64,000 nt of DNA, taken from NCBI GenBank assembly GCA_963815195.1, contig CAWFGE010000006.1, forward strand, positions 152,260-216,259, read 5' to 3'. The translations under genes were made by a program, and so were the position numbers. Under the pieces are notes generated by a model that was not told the origin of the DNA, searched no databases, and saw nothing but the letters and a program-made list of their open reading frames with translations. Positions 9,941 to 18,924 of this stretch are shown in pieces (position 1 is the stretch's first letter; the number at the start of each line of letters is the position of its first letter). The DNA comes from an uncultured Planctomycetaceae bacterium. GTDB taxonomy: Bacteria > Planctomycetota > Planctomycetia > Planctomycetales > Planctomycetaceae.

Positions 9941-10001
9941 AACACGTCTCCCTTTATGCACGGATGTTGCCAAAATTCCATTATAGGCGCGGGGTGAGAC
10001 T

Positions 10002-10832
10002 CTAGGGTAGAGAGGTTTTGGCGACCATCGCCGCGGCGAATTGTCCGATGTCTCGAAGGGCCGCGTCCCGGCTGAGTGTGCCTTCGCCGATCGCGGCGAA
10101 CTTTTTGACAATGGCCGAACCGACAATCACCCCGTCCGCCGACCCGCGGAGCAGATCGACCTGCTCGGGCCGGCTGATCCCAAACCCCACCGCCAGCGGG
10201 AGCCCCGTTTTCGTGCGGAGCCAGGCGAGTTGGTCTTTGAGTTCCTCGGGCAATTCGTCGCGAACGCCCGTCGTGCCGGCGACGGAAATACAATACACGA
10301 ACCCGCTGGCGTTCGCGAGGATTCGCTCGGCCCTACGCTCCGGTGTAGTGGGGGCGATGAGTTCGATCAAATCCAGGTTGTGCGACCGCACCTGCCCGGC
10401 AAACTCTTCCGCTTCGTCGCCGGGCAGGTCGGGAACGATCAGCCCCGAAAACCCCGCCTCGGCCGCGTGCTTCAGAAATGTTTCGGGTCCGGTGCGGAAC
10501 ACGATCGAAAACGCGACCATCCCCACGAGCGGGGGACTGGTTGTTTCGGAAGTCTTCAATTCCGCAATGGCCGAGAAGATGTCCGCCACGTGCAAGTGCT
10601 TGGCGAGCGCGCGGGTGTAGGAGGCTTGAATCACCGGCCCGTCGGCGATGGGGTCGCTGTAGGGAAAACCGACTTCGATCAGGTCCACCTTGTGGCGGGC
10701 CAATTCCTCGATGACGGCTTTTGTCATGTCCATGTCCGGATCGCCCGCCGTGACAAACGGCATAAACGCCATCCGGCCTTTCGCTTTGAGTTCGGCAAAT
10801 GTTTGGGCAATCCGCGAAGGCGGCGTCGGCAT
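10002..10832 (-). CDS. trpA: Tryptophan synthase alpha chain
   Basis: PFVTAGDP, EVGFPYSDPIADGPVIQ, PDLP, GTTGVR, VGFGIS, DGVIVGSA. Confidence 0.97.
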   Translation of the reverse strand: MPTPPSRIAQTFAELKAKGRMAFMPFVTAGDPDMDMTKAVIEELARHKVDLIEVGFPYSDPIADGPVIQASYTRALAKHLHVADIFSAIAELKTSETTSPPLVGMVAFSIVFRTGPETFLKHAAEAGFSGLIVPDLPGDEAEEFAGQVRSHNLDLIELIAPTTPERRAERILANASGFVYCISVAGTTGVRDELPEELKDQLAWLRTKTGLPLAVGFGISRPEQVDLLRGSADGVIVGSAIVKKFAAIGEGTLSRDAALRDIGQFAAAMVAKTSLP

Positions 10833-10949
10833 AATGAGGGTCCCTTTAACCCAACGTTTCGATTGAAGGTCTCGTGGAAAGGAGAAGTAGCTTTGTCATC
10901 TCATTCCAACGAGTTTAGAGGAAAAGAATGAAATTCAGAAACTACATTC

Positions 10950-11525
10950 TTAAGCCATAGTTTCCGGTCGAAAAGTGACCCTTTTAAACTCTTCTTCCTG
11001 CCAATTTGAATCCCACCAAATACACTCCAATTCCATTGCAAATGTATTTGCCAGGAATGTGGTCAATGTCATATTCAAAACCTGTGAATCGAGGCGATCA
11101 AATAACACCAACGGCCATTGATCTGAGCGTCCATCTGCTAACCAAAAAATTTCGCCCCCATTTTCTTCCGTTCCACACGGGTACAACCCTGGTTGTTCTG
11201 GGTAAAAGTTGAATCGAAACTCAGAACAATTCTGCTTCAAATCGGGATATATTTCTAAATCCTGCTCAACGGATGGGCGGTATAACGAGGAAAAGGGATT
11301 GTAAATCTGAATCCCCATAAACCAACCACTACCATACGTCACGCATAAATCATATAGGTCTATGGGGAGTTGAATTCCCATAAGTCGCTCGATTAGAGCC
11401 CAATCCTCTTTCGTTCCGACTTCAAGAGGAGAAGACGGCGGTGATACTACTTTCGTTAGGCTCTGTACCGACATAGAATCAATCGCCCTCATCCACCGTT
11501 CTCCCCCCAAGGGGAGAATGGTCAT
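10950..11525 (-). CDS. SMI1/KNR4 (SUKH) family immunity-type protein
   Basis: DWALIERLMGIQLPIDL..L...YGSG, PGLYPCG..ENGGEIFW....DQWPLV; markedly AT-rich. Confidence 0.8.
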   Translation of the reverse strand: MTILPLGGERWMRAIDSMSVQSLTKVVSPPSSPLEVGTKEDWALIERLMGIQLPIDLYDLCVTYGSGWFMGIQIYNPFSSLYRPSVEQDLEIYPDLKQNCSEFRFNFYPEQPGLYPCGTEENGGEIFWLADGRSDQWPLVLFDRLDSQVLNMTLTTFLANTFAMELECIWWDSNWQEEEFKRVTFRPETMA

Positions 11526-11555
11526 TTTTTCAATGTTTACGAGGATTTGAAGTAA

Positions 11556-12797
11556 TTAAATCTCCCGTCCCAGCAGCCGGGCGACTTCGTTGACGTCTTT
11601 ATCGCCTCGGCCGGAGAGACAGATCACGAGGACTTCGTCGGGTTTCCGCTGGCCGGCGGTTTTGAGGACGCGGGCGATCGCGTGGGCGCTCTCGACAGCG
11701 GGAAGGATGCCCTCCAAAGTCGCCAGTTTTTGGAAGGCGTCGAGGGCGTCTTCATCGGAGACATTGACATAGTCCACGCGGCCGGTGTCTTTCCAATAGC
11801 TGTGCTCCGGGCCGACGCCGGGGTAATCGAGGCCGGCGGAGACGGAATGCACATCGCGGGTCTGGCCGTCTTCATCCTGGAGGACGTAACTGTAGCTACC
11901 GTGAAGCACGCCTTTGGCTCCGTAGCACAGGGTGGCGGCGTGCTGGCCGGGCTCGGGGCCGCGCCCGCCGGGTTCCACGCCGGTGAGCTTGACGTCTTCG
12001 TCTTCGATAAAGGCATAAAACATCCCCGCCGAGTTGGAGCCGCCGCCCACGCAGGCCACGACTTCGTCCGGGAGCCGGCCGATGTCTTCGAGTGCCTGCT
12101 GGCGGGTTTCTTTGCCGATGACGGATTGAAAGTCCCGCACCATCATCGGAAACGGATGCGGCCCCACGACCGAGCCAATGATGTAATGCGTCGTCTCGAC
12201 GGAAGCCATCCAGTCCCGCATCGCCTCGTTGATCGCGTCGCGGAGCGTGCGGGAGCCGGTGGTCACGGGGCGGACCTCGGCTCCCATGGTCTGCATGTTG
12301 AACACGTTCAGCCGCTGCCGGCGAATGTCCTCTTCGCCCATGTAAACCACGCAGGAAAGTCCAAAGCGGGCACACGCGGTGGCGGTGGCGACGCCGTGCT
12401 GCCCGGCCCCGGTCTCGGCGATGACCCGCTGTTTCCCCATCCGCACGGTGAGCAGAGCCTGGCCGAGGCTGTTGTTGATTTTGTGGGCCCCCGTGTGGTT
12501 GAGGTCTTCCCGCTTCAAATAAATCCGCGCCCCGCCGCAGTGCTCGGTGAGCCTTTTCGCAAAATACAGCGGGCTGGGCCGGCCCACGTAATGTTTGAGT
12601 AAATCCGCAAGCTCGGCTTGGAAGGATTCATCCGCCTTGGCCTGTTCGTATTGCTCCGTCAATTCTTCCAAGGCGTGCATGAGCGTTTCGGGGACGAATC
12701 GGCGGCCGAATTCGCCGAAACGCCCCAACGAATCGGGAACCTGTCGCGTGGCTCGCTGGGCGTTGCCGGAGACGGCCGAAGCCGAGGAAGCATTCAT
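11556..12797 (-). CDS. trpB: Tryptophan synthase beta chain
   Basis: [50 protein letters not shown]. Confidence 0.98.
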   Translation of the reverse strand: MNASSASAVSGNAQRATRQVPDSLGRFGEFGRRFVPETLMHALEELTEQYEQAKADESFQAELADLLKHYVGRPSPLYFAKRLTEHCGGARIYLKREDLNHTGAHKINNSLGQALLTVRMGKQRVIAETGAGQHGVATATACARFGLSCVVYMGEEDIRRQRLNVFNMQTMGAEVRPVTTGSRTLRDAINEAMRDWMASVETTHYIIGSVVGPHPFPMMVRDFQSVIGKETRQQALEDIGRLPDEVVACVGGGSNSAGMFYAFIEDEDVKLTGVEPGGRGPEPGQHAATLCYGAKGVLHGSYSYVLQDEDGQTRDVHSVSAGLDYPGVGPEHSYWKDTGRVDYVNVSDEDALDAFQKLATLEGILPAVESAHAIARVLKTAGQRKPDEVLVICLSGRGDKDVNEVARLLGREI

Positions 12798-12885
12798 GGG
12801 CGGGTGGTCCTGTGGTGTTGTGAAAGGTGTCTCATTTTCGATTCTAGGGAGAACAAGAGCAATCGCCAACCCAGCACATCGTCAA

Positions 12886-12942
12886 TAGCGCCGGCTTCCA
12901 GACGCCGAGATCGATCGACGGCGGCAAGATGCCGGCGTTACG
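12886..12942. repeat. REP doublet (family A)
   Basis: Reverse complement cgtaacgccggcatcttgccgccgtcgatcgatctcggcgtctggaagccggcgcta closely matches 41241-41300. Confidence 0.85.
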
Positions 12943-12958
12943 TTGCAGGTTCGCCGCC

Positions 12959-15420
12959 TTAGGATTCCGCCGACTGCGTCAGCAGCGTTTCAAACCGCGC
13001 GAGCTCCCGGTCCAGATTCTCGAGGGTCTCAGCGGTCAATTCACCAGAGCCGTAACGGATGGTGTAATAGGCTTCCACCAACGACACGGGAAAATGGTGC
13101 CATTCGGAGGTTTCCAGCGAGGGAGCGAATGCGCTTTGCACCTCGACGGCAAACTCCCTGGGCGTTTGCGCGGCCTTGCGGGACAAGCCCGCCTTGGCGC
13201 AGATCCGGCGAAAGCGTTCGTAAAACTCGACCGTCCGCGCAAGGCCTTTTGGATCGAGATACCGCGACCGCACAAACAACCGCCATAACGCATTGACGGC
13301 CCACACGACCGCCGAGAGAAATGTGAGCAGAACGAACGTCACCAAACCGCCCTGCCAGCTGATCCAGCGTTCGGGGGAACTCAGTTGCTGATTGAGGCCT
13401 TTGACGAAATTCGCGAAGTGGACGCGGCCGTTCTGGGCCCACGCCACGGCGTCCTCGGCGAGTTTTTTGAGCGGCGCCAGCAGCCGGGCCTGCTGGGTTT
13501 CGTTGAGTCCCACGACGAATCGCGACCAAAAATCCCCCAGGTTTTGGGTCAATGCTTTCCAGGCGGGCCGGGAGCCGATCTGTTCGACGCTCGCCGCGCG
13601 GCCGGCGGGTGTGGGATCGAGAATCACCCAACTCCCGTCGATAAAGGCTTCGACCCAGGCGTGGGCGTGGCGTTCCTCGACTTCAAAACGCCCCGTTTTC
13701 TCGTTGTCGCTGCCGCCCTTGAAGCCGCTGACCAGGCGGGATGGAATTTGCACCGCGCGGAGCATGAGTGTCAGGGCCGAGGCAAAATATTCGCAATGCC
13801 CCATCTTGCGATTGATGAGAAAGTCTTCGAGCGGGTCGATGTTTTTGTCCGCGACCTTGGCGTTGAGCGTGTACCCGAACTCGCCCGAATCCTTCAAATA
13901 GGCTTTGAGCCGCCGGGCCATCTCGATCCGGTTCGGACGCGGGGATTCTCGCCATCCCGATTTTTCCAAGGCCAATCGGCGGAGGTTTTTGAGCTCTCGC
14001 GGGATTTCCAGATACATGCGAGGGCCGCTCTCCAAAAACCCAGCCATCGGCGGACGCACGGGGAGCCTTCCGGGTTGGGGCAAACTCGCCGGCGAGAAAA
14101 TCGTGTAGCGGATCTCTTCGGCCGCCGTGTCCGGTACGGGGCGCTTGAGAACGCCATTCAAGGCTTCCAGCCGCAGAGGCTCGCTGGACTTGTCCAGGTG
14201 TCCGTAAAGGGCGGGAGGCATCGCGAATAGAATCTCGGGATCGATCGGCCCCAGGCGGATGTCCTGCCGAACCAGCTTGTCCTCCGGCACGCCGAATTGC
14301 GGCAAACTGCCAATCGAATTGTCTTCCTCGAACGACGTCCATTTCCCCTCGCGATACTCAAACGTGGTCATGCCCCGAAACAAGGGTTCCTCGAAGCCCA
14401 TCTGGTCGGCGTACTTTTCGATGTCCACAGGCTCGCCGTTCGAACCGGTGAGCCGAACCTCCATGACTTTTTTCGTGCTTTCGAGGATCTGGCCGATGTC
14501 GCCGAGGCTTAGCTCGCGGGAGAACCCGACTTGGGAGGAGCGATCTGGAGATTCTTCCTGCTTCACCTTTTGAGAGCCCCAGATCGCAGGATGCCGGGGA
14601 ATCAGCAGGAACAGAAACAGGGCCAGCACGAAGGCCAATCCGCCGGTGCCCAGAACGCCGCCGAGAAAACGCGTGTTGATCCACGAGACCGCCGGATCGC
14701 GCTGCACATTGCCCACGGCGCTGCTCGGTTGCCGCCACACGGCCAACAAGGGATGCACCACAGGCCGCGGGACCGCTTTTTTTGGCGACGGCGCGAAAGC
14801 GGGCTTAATGGCGGCACCGGGAGGCCCTGCGCCGTGCGTCGTTTGCGCGGTTTGCTCGCGCTTTCGAACTGCTGCTGGCCTTGCAGCAGGGAGAACACCG
14901 ACAGCGTCCACACGGCGAGGAAGAGATACAACGACAACAGCACGCCGTAGATTCCCAGCGTGGTTTGGCTGGCACCCACGGCGACCTCGAGCACGCACAG
15001 CGCCCACAGCCACCAGTATTGCTGACTCGTCTTTTCCAAAAACAACACGATCCAGGTCAAAAACACCAACAGATGAGCCCCGGCGAAAATCAGATTCAGC
15101 ACGCGCTCGTCGGGCAGGACAATATGGCCGCCCTGAAACCGCACGGATCGAATCGTCTCCCAGAACGCGACGCCCACCGCAACCACGCCCAATCCGCCCG
15201 CGGCCCAACCGGGCATAACCCACGTCCGCCAGCGATCCACCAGAAAGTACGCCGCCACAACCAAAAGAACAGTGAAAGCCTGCGGCGGCGGACCGTGCGT
15301 GAAGCCCTCCGAGAGGGTCAACATCGCGCTCGAAAGCACCACCATCCCGTACAAGCTGATTTCAAAAATCGTGGTCAGCCGGGTTGATGACGAACTCGCA
15401 AACGGCGGAGGATTGGTCAA
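12959..15420 (-). CDS. TgpA-like membrane transglutaminase-domain protein (frameshift near 14800-14870)
   Basis: Multi-TM N-terminus in the 14602-15570 frame; GHCEYFASAL, HAHAWVE, WVILDPTP triad in the 12959-15223 frame; TTG start at 15420 with CAGGAG RBS. Confidence 0.88.
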
Positions 15421-15487
15421 CGAGGGCACTCCTGGGCTCAAATTATCGGTTTCCGGCCGCGGCTCCGCCGGGTCAGGATTTCGTCCT

Positions 15488-16705
15488 TTATTGGTCAATT
15501 CCGCTCCGGGTGTCGGTGCGGTACACACTTTGGATCGCCAGAATCTCCGGCGGCGGCGGTTCGGGAGCATGCCCGCTGCGGTTTCGCTCCAAGAGTTCTT
15601 CGATGCGCTGTTTCCAGCGCTTGTCGATGCCCCGACCGAGCGTGAGTCCGATCAGGCGGGAATGATCTTCCAAGGCTTCGCCGAGCAGTCTCGCCCCGCG
15701 GTCGCTGATGCCGTTCGCGGAGACATCCAGCGTTTGCAGGTTCTGATTTCGTCGAAGCAGCTCCGCGATCGAAGCTGCCCCGCCGTTTGTGATGTGATTC
15801 GCCCGCTCGCCGAGCACGCGGGTCGAACGGTCATAGGCCAAATCCAGATGTTTCAAGGTGGGATGAGCCGCGAGCGCTTCCGCCAAGGCTCTGGTCCCGT
15901 GCGGGCCGATGTGATTGCTGGACAGGCTCAAAGTCTCCAGACTTCGATTTGCCGCCAAGCCTTCGGAAAGAATCTCCGCCCCCGCATCGGCGAAACGGTT
16001 GACTCCAAGATACAGATGCCGAATGGCCTGGTTCTCGCGAAGCAATCGAACCAGGCATTTCGCGTCGCTTGGCCCCAAGCGATTGCCGCCGAGATACAAC
16101 CGCGTGACGCTGCGGTTCCGCCGCGCGAGGACGTCGGCAATTCTCGACAGCCCAGCGCTTCCAATGTCCGTGTGCACCAGATCCAACGTCCGCAGGCTTT
16201 GGGTCGTTTCCAGCAACTCGGCGATCGCCTCGGCTCCCGCCGGACCGATGGGGTTTCGTTTGAGCCACAGCCCGTTCACCGCGGGATTGCCTTTAATCGC
16301 CTTCGCCAGTTCCGAAGCGCCGTCGGCTTCGATCAGATTGCAACCGAGATAAACCGTTTCCAGCGCGGGATGGTTTTCGACGGCCCGGGCAATGTCCTTG
16401 GCCCCGTCCGTGCCGATGCCGTTGGCTCCCAACAACAAATGCCGAGCGTGGAGATTCTTCGGCAGCGACCGGGCGACGAGTTCCGCCCCCGCCGGTCCGA
16501 TGTTCTGCTTGCACAAATCGACCCGCCCGTCCGGCAGCACCGTCCCCCGCGGAAAGACCGCCGCTTCCGCCACCGCGTCCCCAGTTTCCAAATGCGCGAC
16601 CAAGGGCAAGAGTTCCGCGACATCGCAAGGCGAAAACTCCCCGCGCACGGGGCACACAATCGTTTCCGGATTCCCGGCTCGATCCAAAATCGTCTCGGCC
16701 ATCAT
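15488..16705 (-). CDS. Leucine-rich-repeat protein (ribonuclease-inhibitor/GALA-like)
   Basis: About ten 28-aa LxLxxNxIGxxGAxxLAxAL repeats. Confidence 0.88.
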   Translation of the reverse strand: MMAETILDRAGNPETIVCPVRGEFSPCDVAELLPLVAHLETGDAVAEAAVFPRGTVLPDGRVDLCKQNIGPAGAELVARSLPKNLHARHLLLGANGIGTDGAKDIARAVENHPALETVYLGCNLIEADGASELAKAIKGNPAVNGLWLKRNPIGPAGAEAIAELLETTQSLRTLDLVHTDIGSAGLSRIADVLARRNRSVTRLYLGGNRLGPSDAKCLVRLLRENQAIRHLYLGVNRFADAGAEILSEGLAANRSLETLSLSSNHIGPHGTRALAEALAAHPTLKHLDLAYDRSTRVLGERANHITNGGAASIAELLRRNQNLQTLDVSANGISDRGARLLGEALEDHSRLIGLTLGRGIDKRWKQRIEELLERNRSGHAPEPPPPEILAIQSVYRTDTRSGIDQ

Positions 16706-16733
16706 GAATCTTTCTGGCTTGAATGATCGATGC

Positions 16734-17480
16734 TCACCGCGCGACCGCTTCGAACAGCCGGGTGATTTCTTCATCGATGTCTTCCGCGCGTTCCACGGTT
16801 TCGAGAATTTCTTGGCGGAGCAGGCGGCCGAATCGCTGCCGCATGCGGTGCACGGCGACTTTGACGGCGGCTTCCGTCATCCGCAGGTCCCGGGCCACGT
16901 CCCGGTAGGACGTGGGCCGTTCGCCTTTGGGGAGGAACACGTACAACTCGGCGAAGAGCGCGGCTTTGTCCGTTTCTTCGTACTCCCGGCGAAGCTGCTC
17001 GAACACCCGCTCCAAGAGGGCCATCGCCCAACTTCGCTCGAAGGCCCGCTCCGGGGTGTGGCCGTCGGCGGGTTCGCGGAGCAGTCGGCCCTCGGCACCT
17101 GCGACATCGATCGAAACAATCACCCGCCCGCCGCCCCGCTTCTGGGCCGACTGTTTGTGGTATTCGTTCGCCAGAAAATGATCGGCGGCCGTCAACAGAA
17201 ACGAGCGAAACTGCCCGCGCTCCGGTTCGGCGGCGTGGAGCGCATCCGATTCCAACAGATGCGCGAAAAACGCCTGCGTCAGATCGGCCGACTGGTCCGC
17301 GGCGTTTCCCTTCCGCCGAAAGTGGGCGTAGATCGGAAACCAATAGAGCTTGCAGAGCCGTTCGAGCGCTTCCTGAGCTCCGGGATTGGCCCGTTCGCCG
17401 GCCGCGCGGATCAACGTCCATCGCGTGGTGGCGAACCCGCCACGCGGAACGTTTCCCATCGATAATGCGGACGAATTCAT
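16734..17480 (-). CDS. ECF-type sigma-70 factor
   Basis: FATTRWTLI, ALERLCKLYWFPIY, DLTQAFF, GQFRSFL; sigma4 YRDVARDLRMTEAAVKVAVHRMR. Confidence 0.9.
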   Translation of the reverse strand: MNSSALSMGNVPRGGFATTRWTLIRAAGERANPGAQEALERLCKLYWFPIYAHFRRKGNAADQSADLTQAFFAHLLESDALHAAEPERGQFRSFLLTAADHFLANEYHKQSAQKRGGGRVIVSIDVAGAEGRLLREPADGHTPERAFERSWAMALLERVFEQLRREYEETDKAALFAELYVFLPKGERPTSYRDVARDLRMTEAAVKVAVHRMRQRFGRLLRQEILETVERAEDIDEEITRLFEAVAR

Positions 17481-17590
17481 GCCGGCGGCGTCAACAAAGA
17501 TTCAACAGATCAAACAGGAACGAAACGGACCAACACGTGTATCATGGGATGCACCGGCGATCGGATTCAAGTCTCCCATGCCGGCGCGAG

Positions 17591-18379
17591 TCATCGCGGG
17601 GCGGCTCCCAAGGGTTTGTTCATGGTGGTGCTGGTAAACATGTAATAGTAAATGAAGCGGGCGATGAAGCCCGAGACCAACAGGCTCAAGGGGGCGGAAT
17701 ACACCATCAGCGTGTGCTGCTGGAATTTGCTGAGCGAAAGAATCGTCGCCCAGTTGAGGAGCACGTCCACCACCGCCACGGGCAAAAGGCACACCCCCCG
17801 CCAGCTCACCCGGCTGAGCACGTCCCCCACGGTTTCGGGCGGCGGGAACATGGCATGCCGTTCTTTCCACAGGCTTTGCACGCGCTCGATTTGGGCCGGC
17901 TGCTCAAGGGGAGCGGGAAGCGGCTTCGTCGGCAAAAGCTCGGCGAGCAGGGATTTGAGAAAATCGAAATCGAAGAGGGCGTCGCAAAAGACCACCGCCG
18001 AGCCGCGGTGGTCTTCGATCCCCACCCGGCGGACGGTGCGGCCGAAAAATCGTCCCAGAGACTGCTGCACCTCGGCCACGTCCAAGAGGGCGATTTCCTG
18101 CCGGCCCGCCTCGATCCACACCTGGCTGTCCCCCAGGCAGTGAAACACCACCGAGCGGAACCGCCGGCGATAAAGCACCGTCAACCCCAACAGCCCGAAG
18201 GCGATCAATACATAGAGCCCCGCCGCCACCGCCAGATGCGGGTTCGCCACAAACGCGCCCCGGCCTCCGCCGATCGGCGTGGTCATAAACGCCGCCGAAA
18301 TGGGAATCGAAATCAAAACCGTCGAGAGGTATTCCGGCAGAAAGACGGGATTATAGGGGAATCGGATCGAGCGTGGCAT
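17591..18379 (-). CDS. Hypothetical membrane protein
   Basis: 262-aa ORF with about four hydrophobic segments. Confidence 0.55.
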   Translation of the reverse strand: MPRSIRFPYNPVFLPEYLSTVLISIPISAAFMTTPIGGGRGAFVANPHLAVAAGLYVLIAFGLLGLTVLYRRRFRSVVFHCLGDSQVWIEAGRQEIALLDVAEVQQSLGRFFGRTVRRVGIEDHRGSAVVFCDALFDFDFLKSLLAELLPTKPLPAPLEQPAQIERVQSLWKERHAMFPPPETVGDVLSRVSWRGVCLLPVAVVDVLLNWATILSLSKFQQHTLMVYSAPLSLLVSGFIARFIYYYMFTSTTMNKPLGAAPR

Positions 18380-18494
18380 TCCGAGAATTCAACGTCAAAA
18401 ACGATAAAACGTGCTCGCGCTGCGTCATTTGTCTTTTCGTTATGTTCCATCAAGCCCGGAAAGAAAGCAAGCACGTTTTTTGACGCGCGAGGGC

Positions 18495-18653
18495 TCAGGA
18501 GGGCAGTGCCCAATCGTATCGCATGAGGGCGAGAGCCAGGAACGCGATCGCCAGCACGGTCGCCGCCACCGCCACGAACAACAGGCCTTCAAACACGGTG
18601 CCCTGTTGCGGAGGGGCGTTGTTCTTCGAGGAATTGGAAGTTTTTCGAGCCAT
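18495..18653 (-). CDS. Small single-TM protein (52 aa)
   Basis: MARKTS...FEGLLFVAVAATVLAIAFLALALMRYDW: basic N-terminus followed by one TM helix. Confidence 0.6.
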   Translation of the reverse strand: MARKTSNSSKNNAPPQQGTVFEGLLFVAVAATVLAIAFLALALMRYDWALPS

Positions 18654-18924
18654 CGGGATCACTCGCGGGTGGAATGGGAACTCTATGAAAGCCAATCGTG
18701 GTCTTTCCAGCTTATCACGGATGGCGGGCGTTTTCCAAATCTCCAAGGCGGAAATTCCCGCGTTTTGGCGAGGTTTCCCGAAAGAGATCGCGCAGCCCGC
18801 GGACCCGGAATGCCGCGGGGAGCGGGGCTTCCATTCGTCCGAAGAGGTCCTAAAATAACGCTTTCGGTTTTGGATCGATCAGCCCACGCCCACGCAAGAA
18901 ACCATCACGGGATTTTTATCCATT

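Noticed and set aside
7774..15420. MoxR and the transglutaminase as a single MoxR-DUF58-TgpA operon
   Set aside because: The gene order is wrong, six genes intervene and no DUF58 or VWA gene is in the window.
15272..16726. Long antisense ORFs (484 aa here; similar ones opposite glnA, fbp, the secretin and others)
   Set aside because: Shadow ORFs expected from GC-rich codon bias opposite well-supported genes, with no recognisable motifs.
18654..18924. T-box or other riboswitch upstream of ileS
   Set aside because: No T-box consensus or terminator/antiterminator pair is visible.
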